Assembly: GCF_902713615.1 (NCBI RefSeq)
Contig: NC_052148.1
Location: forward strand, 253,452,690 to 253,516,689
DNA: 64,000 nucleotides
Direction of reading: 5' to 3'
From: Scyliorhinus canicula
Lineage: Eukaryota
In this document: piece by piece, positions 47,198 to 59,964 of the stretch
Layout of the letters: every line of letters starts with the position of its first letter
Position numbering within the stretch: the first letter of the stretch is position 1
The notes under the pieces: model-generated
The model's input: only the letters and a program-made list of their open reading frames with translations
Told to the model about the DNA's origin: nothing
Databases searched by the model: none
Translations under genes and position numbers: made by a program

Positions 47198-49779
47198 GGT
47201 GTACCATATTATAGCAACATTATTATAGAGAGTCAGGGGTGTACCATATTTTACCAACATTATTCGAGAGGGTCAGGCATGTACCATATTATACCAACAT
47301 CATTATAGAGGGTCAGGGTGTACCATATCATAGCAACATTATTATAGAGGGTCAAGGTGTACCATATTATACCAACATTATTCGAGAGAGTCAGGCATGT
47401 ACCATATTATACCAACATTATTATAAAGGGTCAGGGAGGCAGCACGGTGGTGCAGTGGTTAGCATTGCTGCCTCACGGCGCCAACGTCCCAGGTTCGTTC
47501 CCGGCTCTGGGTCACTGTCCGTGTGGAGTTTGCACATTCTCCCTGTGTTAGCGTGGGTATCACCGCCACAACCCAAAGATTTGCAGCACAGGTGTATTGG
47601 ACACTTAAATTGCCCCTTCATTGGAAAGAAAAATGAATTGGGTACTCAAAATTTCTTTTTTTTAAAGGATCAGGGGTGTACCATATTATAGCTACATTAT
47701 TATAGAGGGTGTGGGTGTACCATATTATAGCAACATTATTATAGAGGGTCAGGGATGTACCATATTGCAGCAACATTATTATAGAGGGCCTGGGGTGTAC
47801 CATATTATAGCAACATTGTTATAGAGGGACAGGGTATACCATATTATAGCAACATTATTCTAGAGGGTCAGGGTGTACCATATTATAACAACATTATTAT
47901 AGAGGGTCAGGGATGTACCATATTGCAGCAACATTGTTACAGAGGGTCAGGGTGTACTATATTATAGCAACATTATTATAGAGGGTCGGGGTGTACCATA
48001 TTATAGCAACATTGTTATAGAGGGTCAGGGTGTACCATATTGCAGCAACATTATTATAGAGGGTCAGGGTGTACCATATTAGAGCAACATTATTATAGAG
48101 GGTCAGGGGTGTACCATATTATAACAACATTATTATAGAGGGTCAGGGTGTACCATATTATACCAACATTATTATAGAGGGTCAGGGTGTACCATATTAG
48201 AGCAACATTATTATAGAGGGTCAGGGGTGTACCATATTATACCAACGTTATTATAGAGGGTCAGGGTGTACCATATTATAACAACATTATTATAGAGGGT
48301 CAGGGGTGTACCATATTATAACAACATTATTATAGAGGGTCAGGGTGTACCATATTATACCAACATTATTATAGAGGGTCAGGGTGTACCATATTAGAGC
48401 AACATTATTATAGAGGGTCAGGGGTGTACCATATTATACCAACGTTATTATAGAGGGTCAGGGTGTACCATATTATAGCAACATTATTATAGAGGGTCAG
48501 GGGTGTACCATATTGCAGCAACATTATTATAGAAGGTCAGGGGTGTACCATATATTATACGAACATTATTATAGAGGATCAGGGTGTACCATATTATACC
48601 AACATTATTATAGAGGGTCAGGGTGCACCATATTATAGCAACATTATTATAGAGGGTCAGGGGTATACCATATTATAGCAACATTGTTATAGAGGGTCAG
48701 GGTGCACCATATTATAGCAACATTATTATAGAGGGTCAGGGGTATACCATATTATAGCAACATTGTTATAGAGGGTCAGGGGTGTACCATATTATAGTAA
48801 CATTATTATCGAGGATCAGGGTGTACCATATTCTAGCAACGTTGTTTAGCACGACGCTAAATTGCTGGCTTTGAAAGCAGGCCAGCAGCACGGTTCGATT
48901 CCCGTAACAGCCTCCCCGAACAGGCACCGGAATGTGGCGACTAGGGGTTTTTCACAGTAACTTCATTTGAAGCCTACTCGTGACAATAAGCGATTTTCAT
49001 TTTCATTGTTATAGAGGGTCAGGGGTGTACCATATTATAACAACACCATTATAGAGGGTCAGGGATGTACCATATTGCAGCAACATTATTATAGAGAGTC
49101 AGGGGTGTCCCATATTATAGCAACATTGTTATAGAGCGTCAGGGGTGTACCATATTATAGCCACACCATTATTGAGGGTCAGGAATGTACCATATTGCAG
49201 CAACATTATTAAAGAGGGTCAGGGTGTACCATATTCTACCAACGTTATTATAGAGGGTCAGGGGTGTACCTAATTATATCAACATTATTATGAGGGTCAG
49301 GGGTGTACCTAATTATATCAACATTATTATAGAGGGTCAGGGTGTACCTAATTATATCAACATTATTATAGAATTTATGACCTTTGTGTCTGGGTTCTGC
49401 TCTTTTTAGAGCAACCTTGACCAAACATATTTCCCCCTTTTCAGGTACATATCCAAACCGCACTAGGAAACAATTATTGCATCTGCAAACAATTTGAATT
49501 CTGAGATTTGTTTCTTGAATCGTATGACCATTTGTTTAAGAGCTGCTGAATGATGTATCTGCCTCTTTGAGCCAATTTTCTTCCAGCACACACATCCCAC
49601 TCCCTTCTGCCAACTCACACCATATCCCCAGACCTACCTTCATGGAGAACTCAGCACTCAAATAAAATGTTTCAAGGCCTGTGTAGTTTGAATGTATTTT
49701 TTGCCAGTGACACTGCTTTCATGTTGTGGATGCAGATACATAGAGCGTATTATCTCCATATTCACAGACTAGTTGTTCT

Positions 49780-51360
49780 CACTTACATACTGTACAATAT
49801 CGATTACACTTACATACTGTACATTATCCATTTCACTTACATACTGTACATTATCAATTACACTGACATACTGTACATTATCGATTACACTTACATACTG
49901 TACATTATCAATTACACTTACATGCTGTACATTATCGATTACACTTACATACTGTACATTATTGATTACATGCATATACTGTACATTATTGATTATACTT
50001 ATGTACTGTACATTATCGATTACACTTACCTACTGTACATTATCAATTACACTTACATACTGTACATTATCAATTGCACGTATCCTGTACATTATCGATT
50101 ACACATACATACTGTACATTATCGATTACACTGACATACTGTACATTATCGATTACACTGATATACTGTGCATTATCGATTACATGTATATACTGTACAT
50201 GATTGATTATGTGTATCACTGTACATTATCGATTATGTGTTTATATTATACATTATCGATTACACTTACATACTGTACATTATTGATTACATGTATATAC
50301 TGTACATTATCGATTACACTGATATGCTGTGCATTATCGATTACATGTATATACTGTACATTATTCATGACATGTATCTACTGTATATTATCAATTATGT
50401 GTTTATATTATACATTATTGATTACACTTACTGTACATTATTGATTACATGTATATCCTGTACATTATCGATTACACTGATATATTGTGCATTATCGATT
50501 ACACTTACATACTGTACATTATCGATTACATTTATATACTGTACATTATCGATTACACTGATATACTGCACATTATCAATTACACGTATAAACTACATTA
50601 TCGATTTCATTTATATACTGTACATTATTGATTACACTTACATACTGTACATTATCGATTACACTGATATACTGTGCATTATCGATTACACTTACATACT
50701 GCACATTATCAATTACACGTATAAACTACATTATCAATTTCATTTATATACTGTACATTATTGATTGCACTTACATACTGTACATTATCGATTACACTGA
50801 TATACTGTGCATTATCGATTACACTTACATACTGCACATTATCAATTACACGTATAAACTACATTATCAATTTCATTTATATACTGTACATTATTGATTG
50901 CACTTACATACTGTACATTATCGATTACATTTACATGCGATACATTATCGATTACACTTACATGCTGTGCATTATCGATTACATTTATATACTTTACATT
51001 ATTGATTACACTTACATACTGTACATTATTGATTACATTTACATGCTGTATATTATCAATTACACTTACATGCTGTGCGTTATCGATTACATTTATATAC
51101 TGTACATTATAGATTGCATTTACATACTGTATATTATCGATTACATTTATATACTGTACATTATTGATTACACTTACATGCTGTGCATTATCGATTACAT
51201 TTATATACTGTACATTATCGATTGCTCTTACATGCTGTGCATTATCGATTACATTTACATACTGTACATTTTGGATTACACTTATATACTGTACATTATG
51301 GATTACACATATAAGGTGTACATTATGGATTCCACGTTTAAACTGTACATTATTGATTAC
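49780..51360. repeat. Tandem minisatellite, about 27-bp unit TACATTATCGATTACACTTACATACTG
   Basis: Directly visible, about 58 units; explains the YILYIID/TYCTLSIT repeat ORFs. Confidence 0.97.
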
Positions 51361-51636
51361 TGGATCTGTACTGGATCGTGCTATGATTATTGAGATACCC
51401 TCTATTACGACTCAGGAGAGAAGATTTGTAATTCAAAGGCTTTAATTACCAGAGAATCGGACAGCTGCCGAGAAGTGTGCTCACAGCATGCTGCCCAGTA
51501 AGTATCATCTTATATACCGTTTCCTGGGGGCGGAGCCAGAGGCGGTTCCCCTAGGGTTCCAAGCCTGGTCTTAAAGGGCCATTGTATTAAAGGCAAGGTA
51601 CAGTTACAGCAGTTATACCGATACCATTCATCACAT

Positions 51637-54600
51637 TCACCCCCTGTTTAAAAAAAACACATAGTCCGTCGGGGGTGAAGTGGAGTTATAAGTCCAGTCT
51701 TTTGGGTGGTCTGACCTTCCATGCTGACCTTCTCCGCTCCGGTGGAATCGACAGCCAACGTGGAGCGAGACCCCAGAGGTGGACTTCCTGGGGAAGACAA
51801 ACAAACGGCTGTGAGGGGTCTCGTTCGTGGCCGTACAGAGGAACGACCTAACGGAATGTAGGGCATCGGATAGGACCTCCTGCCAGCTGGCGATTGGGAG
51901 ACTCCTTGACCGTAGGGCTAGAAGGACAGCTTTCCAAACTGTCACATTCTCCCTCTCCACTTGCCCGTTTCCCCGCGGGTTATAGCTCGTCGTTCTGCAT
52001 GAGGTGATGCCCTTGCTGAGCAGATATCGACGCAGCTCGTTGCTCATGAACGATGTACCCCGGTCGCTGTGGATATAAGTGGGGAAACCAAACAGTGTGA
52101 AGATGATGTGCAGTGCCTTGATCACGGAGGCCGAGGTCATATCGGGGCAGGTGACAGCAAACGGGAAGCGGGAGAACTCATCAATAACGGTGAGGAAATA
52201 GATGTTGCGGTAGGTGGATGGAGGGGCCCTTTGAAGTCCACACTTAGTCGCTCAAAGGGCCCAGAGGCCTTTATCAGGCAGGCCCCGTCTGGCCGATAGA
52301 AGTGCGGTTTGCACTCTGCACAGATCTGGCATGCCTTGGTCATGGCCTTGACCTCTTCTGTGGAGTAAGGTAGGTTGCGGGACATGATGAAATGGGCAAG
52401 CCGGGTGAACCCCGGGTGGCAGAGGTCATCGTGGATGGCTCTCAGGCGGTCTTTTTGCGCGTTGGTGCACGTGCCGCAGGACAGGGCATCCAGGGACTCG
52501 TTGCGCGTCCCCGGGCGATATTTAATATCGTACGTATAGGTGGCGAGCTCTATCCTCCACCTCAGAATTTTGTCATTCTTTATTTTGCCCTGTTGTGCGT
52601 TATCAAACATAAAGGCGACCGACTGTTGGTCGGTGACGAGGGTGAACCTCCTACCGGCCTCCAGTGTCGCACGGCCTCCACTATGGCTTGTGCCTCCTTC
52701 TCGACTGCAGAGTGCCAGATTTCCGAGGCGGTGAGGGTTCAGGAGAAAAACGCTACTGGTCTGCCCGCTTGGTTGAGGGTAGCAGCCAGGGCGACGTCTG
52801 ATGCGTCGCTTTCTACCTGGAAGGGAATGGTTTCGTCCAGCGCCGGCTCTAGGGTTGCTGGCGCCCCGGGCAAGCTGAACTTCGGCGCCCTTGGGGGGGG
52901 GGGGGCGGGGCCGAGGCCGAGGGGGGGGGGGGCGGCGAGGCCGAGGGGCGGGGGGGCGAGGCCGAGGAGGGGCGGGGGGGGGGCGAGGCCGAGGAGGGGC
53001 GGGGGGGCGAGGCCGAGGAGGGGCGGGGGGGCGAGGCCGAGGAGGGGCGGGGGGGCGAGGCCGAGGAGGGGCGAGGCCGAGGAGGGGCGGACCCGAGGGG
53101 GGGCGGGGGGGCGGACCCGAGGGTGGGGCTGGGGGGCGGACCCGAGAGGGGGCGGACACGCGGGGGGGCGGACGCGGGGGGCGGACCCGAAGGGGGGGCG
53201 GACCCGAGGCCGGTGCGGGGGGGCGGACCCGAAGGGGGGGCGGACCCGGGGCTGGGGGGCGGACCCGAGAGGGGGGCGGACACGCAGGGGGGCGGACCCG
53301 AGGCCGGTGCGGGGGGGCGGACCCGAAGGGGGGCGGGTGGGGGGACTGAGCGGGGGGGGCGGACCGAGCCGGGGGGCCGCCCTAGGGGCGGGCGGCCACC
53401 GCGCATGCGCTGGTTGGCACCGGCCCAACTGCGCATGCGCGGGACCCGAGTCTCTGGCGCCCCCGAGCACATGGCGCCCCGGGCGACTGCCCGAGTTGCC
53501 GGTGCCTTGAGCCGGCCCTGGTTTCGTCCACCGCATGCATGGCGGCCTTGATGATGTCGGCCTTGATACGGCTGAAAGCCGACTGAGCCTCAGCCGTCAG
53601 GGGAAAAACCGTGGTCTTAATGAGTGGTCGCGCTTTATCCGCATATCTGGGGACCCACTGGGCGTAATAGGAGGAAAGCCCCAAGCACCGTTTGAGTGCC
53701 TTGAGGCTACGGGGGAGGGGGAGTTCCTTAAGGGGACGCATGCGGTCGGGGTCTGTGCCTAGGACCCCGTTTTCCATGACGTAGCCGAGGATGGCGAGCC
53801 AGGTTGTGTGGAACATGCATTTCTCTTTGTTATATGTGAGGTTGAGGGCCCGGGCAGTCTGGAGGAACCTCCTCAGGTTTGCGTCGTGGTCCTGCTGGTC
53901 ATGGCCACATATGGTGACGTTATCCAAGTACAGGAAGGTAGCCTGTAAGCCGTACTGGTCCACCATTTGATCCATTGCCGTCTGGAAAACGGAGACTCCA
54001 TTTGTGACACCAAAAGGGACCCTGAGAAAGTGAAACAGCCGGCCGGCTGCTTCGAAGGCCGTGTAGGGGCGGTCCTCTGGGCGGATAGGGAGTTGATGAT
54101 AGGCCGATTTTAGGTCAACCATGGAGAATACCCGATACTGGGCGATTTGATTCACCATTTCCGCTTTGCGGGGGAGTGGGTACGCATCGAGTTGCGTAAA
54201 GCGGTTTATGGTCTGGGTATAATCCACTACCATTCATTGCTTTTCCCCGGAGCGGACTACCAATACATGAGCTCTCCAAGGGCTGTTGCTGGCCTCTATG
54301 ACCCCCTCTTTTAGTAGCCGCTGAACCTCTGACTTGATAAAAGTCATGTCTTGGGCACGGTACCGCTGACTCCTGGTGGCGACAGGCTTACAGTCGGGAG
54401 TGAGGTTCGCGAAGAGGGGGGGTGGCGCAACTTTGAGTGTCGTCAGGCTGCATACTGTGAGTGGGGGCAGAGGTCTGCCGAACTTCAGTGTCAGGCTCCG
54501 GATGCACTGAAATTCCAGACCAAGCAGCAGGGGGGCGTAGAGGTGAGGGAGGATGTAAAGTTTAAAGCGGGTGTATTCAGCGCCTTGAATCACGTGGTCC

Positions 54601-55826
54601 ACGACACAATACCCTGCGATTTGGACCGAATGGGAGCCCGAAGCGAGGATGATAGTTTGGGAGGTGGGGTGGGTGCGCAGGGAGCAGCGCCTTACCGTGT
54701 CCAGATGAATAAAGCTCTCCGTGCTCCTGGAGTCAAATAGGCAGGGAGCGTCGTGGCCGTTGATTTGTACCCGCATCATTGAGTTCCGCAGGTGCTTCGG
54801 CCGCGATTGATCGAGCGTGATCGCTCCTAGTTGCGGGTAGTCACAGTCCTCGGTTGAGTCGGACTCACAAGATGGCCGCCGGGAGTCACAAAATGGCCGC
54901 CGCCGTTGGTTGTGCGTGTCGGGATTCGAAGATGGCTGCGGCCAAGATGGCCGCACCCATGACTCGCACGAGGTCGATGCCGCGTCGGAAGTAGGCGTGT
55001 CCGGCCGCCATGCGGCCGCGTTGCGGGGCCTGTGAGGCCGGGAGTTTGATTTCTAGGCCTGGTGAGACTTTTGTTTTCGGCCTTTGGGCCCAGTCAGGCA
55101 GACTTTTGCGAAGTGCCCCTTCTTCCCGCAGTCGTTGCAGATCGTGGAGCGGGCCGGGCAACGCTGATGTGGGTGCTGGCCTTGCCCACAGAAATAGCAT
55201 GGGGAGCCCCTGGAGTGAGCGGATCACCGTGCGGCGCAGGCCTGTAGTGTGGCCGAGTCTGGAGGGGATCGAGAGGGGTTCGCAAGGTCCGCGGAGTATG
55301 TACGGAGGTTACGTTGGGCTGTTTCTAGAGAAGAGCCGAGCGTTACCGTGCCTTGGAGGTCCTTTGCCCCGTCTTCTAGGTGTCACTGCCGGATGTACGA
55401 GGACCTGATACCGGAGACGAAAGCATCACGAATATGTAAGTTCATGTGGACTTCTGCCGTCACTTCTTTATGATTGCAGTTCCTCGCGAGCGCAGTGAGT
55501 CTCTCCACGTATTCGTCTAGAGTTTCCCCTGAGCGCAGGCGGCAGGTCGAGATCAAATGTCTGCCGTGTACCTCGTTAATCGGCTTTACAAAGCGTTTCT
55601 TTAGTATTTCGACCGCAGTTTCGTATGTCGTAGCGTTCTCGATCATGGAGGAGAGTCGGTGGCCCACCCGGGCATGTAGTAAGCTCAGCTTGCGAGCGCC
55701 GTCGACTTCAGTCTCTGAAGAATTTAGATAGGCCTCAAAACACCGGAGCCAATATTTAAAAATTCCTGGGGCCTCCGGCGACCGAGCGTCTAGATTGAGT
55801 TTCTTCGGCTTTAGAGCACTGTCCAT
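51637..55826 (-). pseudogene. Gypsy gag-pol remnants: gag 55383-55826, protease (CLFDSRS) about 54234-54956, RT (YLDN) about 53530-54233, RNase H/integrase about 51720-52830
   Basis: DLKSAYHQ, VPFGVTN, ESDASD, VTDQQS, HPG...CQIC zinc finger, HSDRG and PRGNGQVER motifs; frameshifts, deletions and a hAT insertion. Confidence 0.9.
52838..53520. mobile_element. GC-rich non-autonomous hAT element inserted in Gypsy pol
   Basis: TIRs CAGCGCCGGCTCTAGG / CCTTGAGCCGGCCCTG, perfect 8-bp TSD GTTTCGTC (52830-52837, 53521-53528), internal G-rich minisatellite. Confidence 0.9.
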
Positions 55827-56794
55827 CTTGATGTGTTCTGGTAATTAAATTGAGATACCCTCAATTACGACTCAGGAGAGAAGATTGGTAATTCAAAGGC
55901 TTTAATTACCAGAGAACTGGACAGCTGCCGAGAAGTGTGCTCACAGCATGCTGCCGAGTAAGCATCACCTTATATACAGTTTCCTGGGGGCGGAGCCAGA
56001 GGCGGAGTCGCCCAGGGTTCCAAGCCCGGTCTTAAAGGGCCAATGTATTAAAGGCAAGGTACAGTTACAGCAGTTATACCGATACCATTCATCACAATTA
56101 TCGATTACGTCCTGTGCTGCCAATCTTATTCCAACTTAGTTTCTGAAATTAAAGTTTACCAAATGCAATATCCCCATATCTCGTTACATTTACACATTCC
56201 AAGATTCAGATGATTTTTTAAAAAATCATTCGACATATGAGAACGTTTGAGTAAATGGAATTTCTGGCCAGCAGCAAAGCAACAATATCCATTACTGACC
56301 TTGACGGCTGTCCAACATTGATACAGCGGTCTTGTTGAATTTTGTTTGATCATTGTCCCTTTGAGTCACCTAGCAAAGTACCTGTATGTTAAAGGTGCCA
56401 AATGAATGCCAGTAGTTATCAATGCTGGAGGCTTATTTGACACCGGAGCCACGTAAGCAGCTGTTATGACAAGTGTGGAAAAGCTGCGGCAAGAAGAAAG
56501 GAAGGCTGAATTTAGAATGGAGTACATCGTGTGTGCGTGTTCCAGTATAAGGCAACAGCTGATTTTGTTTAATAGTCATCTATACTTATTTTTATTCATT
56601 TTTAAAGCATACGTTTTGGTTTTAAACCAGGATACAATTTTAAAATGCTGCATTCATTGCAGGTTCCATAAGAAAGACAAAGAATAGTGAATGGTCTGGA
56701 TTTTACAGCAAAACTGTTAGAATTGGCGGTCATTTCTCCTCAGAAATTGGCAGTAACCTCTGGGCTCCACACATGTGCAGTTAAACATGGAAAT

Positions 56795-57550
56795 CAAAAA
56801 CACAAACAGAAAATACTGGACAATCGTAGCAAGTCTGACGGCATCTGTGGAGAAAGAAGGGAGCTAACGTTTTGAATCTGGATGACTCTTTGTCAAAGCT
56901 AAAGAGAACTGGAAATAGGATCAGATTTATATTGTTGGTGGGGGAGGCATGGAGCGGAGGGGCTGGATAGGGGGGCAGGGATAGGTGGAGATGACAAAGA
57001 TGTTGTGGACATAAAAACAAAAGGAGTGTAAATGGAGGTGATTCAGGCTAAAAAGGGTGCTGCTAGTGACACAAAGAGATTAGAATATGTGAATGACAGA
57101 ACAAAGGCGAGCAGTGGGTCAAAGGGCAACCAAGAACAGGGAGCAGATGCCCCAAGTGGGGTGAGAGAGGTTGGGGATGGGACAATGGTAAGGGAAAAAC
57201 AGATCAATGGAAGAAATGAAAATAAACTGATAGAAATACAGATGGGGTGAAGGTGGAGGAAAGAGTTCACAGTCTGAATTTGTTGAACTCAATGTTAAGT
57301 CCGGAAGGCTGTAACGTGCCTAATCGGAAGATGAGGTGCTGTTCCTCCAGTTTGCGCTGGGATTCACTGGAACATTGCAGCAGGCCAAGGAGGGACATGT
57401 GGGCGCGAGAGCAGGACGGTGAGTTGAAACGGCAGACTCGAAAGGTTACCTTCCTTCTCTTCCCGTAGATGCTGTCAGGCCTGCTGCGATTGTCCAGTAT
57501 TTTTGTTTTCTGTTTCAGATTCCAACATCCGCAGTAATTTGCTTTTATCT
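56795..57550. mobile_element. Penelope-like element fragment with inverted terminal segments
   Basis: AACAGAAAATACTGGACAATCG near 56805 and its reverse complement near 57488-57515. Similar short palindromic pieces at about 4350-4510 and 60265-60465. Confidence 0.55.
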
Positions 57551-57679
57551 ATGGAAATCGAGAAGTTGCTATCAGTGATTCCACACTTCCCCAGAAGCTA
57601 TTCCCACCCACCCCACCCCCCTAACTGTGCTGAATCGAAAGTCATCAAATTGTGAATTCTGAAGAAATTACACCACTCC

Positions 57680-58760
57680 ATTGTGTTCGATTCCCCCATC
57701 AAATTCTGCTCCCTAACTACCAACTCCATCACTCTCCCTGGCAACAGTCTGCGATTGAGCCGGTTTGTTCGCAACCTTGGTGTTACATTTCATCCTGAGA
57801 TGATCTTCCAAGTTCATAATCATTGTGTCTATTATGACCTATTTCCACCTCCATAACATCATTTAGTTGTAGCTCTGTCTTCACTCACCTGTTGCTGAAC
57901 CATGACTTCATTACCCTCTAGATTTGACAATTCCAACACATTCCTTTCATTTTAAATAAACTTACAGCACCCAATTCTTTTTTTTCCGATTAAGGAGCAA
58001 TTTAGCGTGGCCAGTTCTCCTAGCCTGCACATCTTTGCGTTGTGGAGGTGAGACCTATGCAAACATGGGCAGAATGTGCAAACACGGGGAGAATCTGCAC
58101 AGACAGTGACCCGGGGCCGGGATCGAACCCTGGTCCTCAGCGCCGCGAAGCAGCAGTGTTAACCACTGCATCACCACGCCACCCCAAATTCCAACACATT
58201 CCTGACTGGTCTCCCACCTTCTGCCCTCCTTAAACTTGGGCTGTCCAAAAATTCCCCGTAACAAAGTCTGTTCCCTGGCACCCCTGTGCTCACTGAGGCT
58301 CCTGGTCAGGTAACACCTTGATGTTAAAATTCTCATTGTTCTCAACTCCCTCCAGGACCATGCCTCTCCTTATCTCGGTCACCTCCTCCAACCCCACAAA
58401 CCTGCACTCATCTAATTCTGGCCCATTGTGCATTCATAATCAGAATTGTTCCACCGTGAGTGCCTCTGCCTTCATTGGGGGCTGGTTTAGCACAGTGGGC
58501 TAAACAGTTTGCTTGTAATGCAGAACAAGGCCAGCAGCGTGGGGTCAACTCCTGTACCGGCCTCCCTGAAAGGGCACCGGAACATGGCAACTAGGGGCTT
58601 TTCACAGTAACTTCATTGAAGCCTATTTGTGACAATAAGTGATTATATATTATATATTTGCCTGGGCTCCAAGCTCTGGAATGCCCTCCCTACAACTTTC
58701 CATCCCTATCTTTCCCCCCTGCTTTAAGACCCTTAAAAAGCTACAAGCTTGACCTGGTGG
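57680..58760 (+). mobile_element. Degraded L2-like LINE 3' fragment with SINE insertions (57950-58184, 58478-58655)
   Basis: L2-like C-terminal sequence (gttcgcaaccttggtgtt..., ctctagatttgac..., ctctggaatgccctcc). Confidence 0.55.
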
Positions 58761-58769
58761 GTGGCTGTT

Positions 58770-59360
58770 CCCCTGAAGCGCCTTGTGGTTGTTGTGACGC
58801 TCAGGGTGCACATACCCACACACACAGAGGCGCGCGATTGTGAGGTTATTAGAAGTGGGGGCGAGTCGAGGCGTTTCTCTGGAGGAGCCTGTGAGAGGGG
58901 ATGGGTCACCCGCAGTAGCTCAGTCCTCCTCTGCTGAATGTCTTTTAAAAATCGCGCCCAGTATCCAGGCGCACCAATCATCTCAAGGCGCGTTCATTCA
59001 TTCAGCGTCTGACTGCAAAGAGGTTTTGGCAACAACCAAACGTTACAAGGATCTCCATGGTTACTGCAACATTGAAGTGGATTTGGGGGGAGGGTAGTGG
59101 CTACAATGATCCGGGAAAGATTAAACGCTGGAGCGTATGCTACACCTCTTCAAAATCGACTTCAGTAAATTCGCGTGTAATATTCTCCCACCCCGTAAAT
59201 GTATTTATTTTAAGATACATTTCAGCCCAGAAATGGAGCTGGCTTGCAGTTTCTTCCCATTTGTTTTTGAAATGCACTGAAGCCCCATGGCGCGGATGGC
59301 TTGCTGCTTGTTTTAGGATCGCCTGGGGTGCAAGCGGCGTGAATTCCTCAGCGGGACGGG
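58770..59360 (+). promoter_or_regulatory. Putative LRRC27 promoter / non-coding first exon region
   Basis: CpG-enriched unique sequence, CCAAT near 58974, X-box-like GGTTTTGGCAAC at 59022-59033. Confidence 0.4.
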
Positions 59361-59361
59361 T

Positions 59362-59538
59362 ATGGAGCAGCCTGAGCCCCGCTCCGGGACTGAGCCTGAT
59401 GGACATTTGTGGAGCTCGATCTCAGACCAGGGCGGCAGTGCCAGAAGGCTGTGTGATGTCTGGTGCAGTGACAAATCACTCGATCTTTGCAGCAAAGCCC
59501 TAAGCTGCCTGAAGTGTGACATGCCGAGATGTATCCAG
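59362..59538 (+). CDS. LRRC27: LRRC27 first coding exon (MEQPEPRSGT...SDKSLDLCSKALSCLKCDMPRCIQ); the exon probably starts at the acceptor at 59317
   Basis: Acceptor ttgttttAG|G at 59316/59317, ATG in gggtATGG, phase-0 donor CAG|GTAAAT at 59539. Ends in an LDLxxxxL LRR start that splices in frame to the next exon, as in human LRRC27 (ILDLSESGL...SLQ). Confidence 0.75.
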
Positions 59539-59964
59539 GTAAATTATCCCCCCCAGTCATCTGTTCTGCATGTTTGTTCCCAGTATCTCTGCTCCTTTGT
59601 TCCAACCCTACCGGGGCTGGTTTAGCACACTGGGCTAAATCGCTGGCTTTTAAAGCAGACCAGCCGCACAGTTCAACTCCCGTACCAGCCTCCCCAAACA
59701 GGCGCCGGAACGTGGCGACGAGGGGCTTTTCACAGTAACTTCATCGAAGCCTACTGGTGACAATAAGCAATTTTCATACCGTCAAAGTCCACGGGAGGCC
59801 CTGACTCAGCTCCAACTATTTGCTGTGTCTTTTAAAAAAAATAAAAATAATCCAACCAATCTATGTTCCTAAATTGAACACGTTTCCCAATTTACGACTC
59901 CCATCATTAATTTGGCACCAGTTCTGGCAGCCCTTCCAATTGCCAGCACTTGTTTACTTCTTGT

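Larger units (their letters stand above)
42005..49372. repeat. Tandem satellite, 39-41-bp unit GTACCATATTATA(G/C)CAACATTATTATAGAGGGTCAGGG(G)T, interrupted by a CR1 and two SINEs (47437-47665, 48845-49005)
   Basis: Directly visible; roughly 95 units across the arms 42005-44128 and 47198-49372. Confidence 0.97.
51391..56096 (-). mobile_element. Ty3/Gypsy LTR retrotransposon with both LTRs and disabled gag-pol
   Basis: LTRs at 55851-56096 (5') and 51391-51635 (3'), about 94% identical by eye. 5-bp TSD ATTAT. PPT AAACAGGGGGTGAA. Domain order gag-PR-RT-RH-IN. Confidence 0.95.

Noticed and set aside
42005-49372. CRISPR-like regular repeats
   Set aside because: Units are head-to-tail with no unique spacers, there are no cas genes, and the DNA is eukaryotic.
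49667-51445. Long YILYIID / TYCTLSIT repeat ORFs
   Set aside because: Translations of a 27-bp (multiple of 3) tandem repeat; no gene signals.
52137-53551. Pro/Gly/Arg-rich ORFs of 140-370 aa on both strands
   Set aside because: They arise from the stop-poor GC minisatellite in the hAT MITE plus Gypsy pol pieces.
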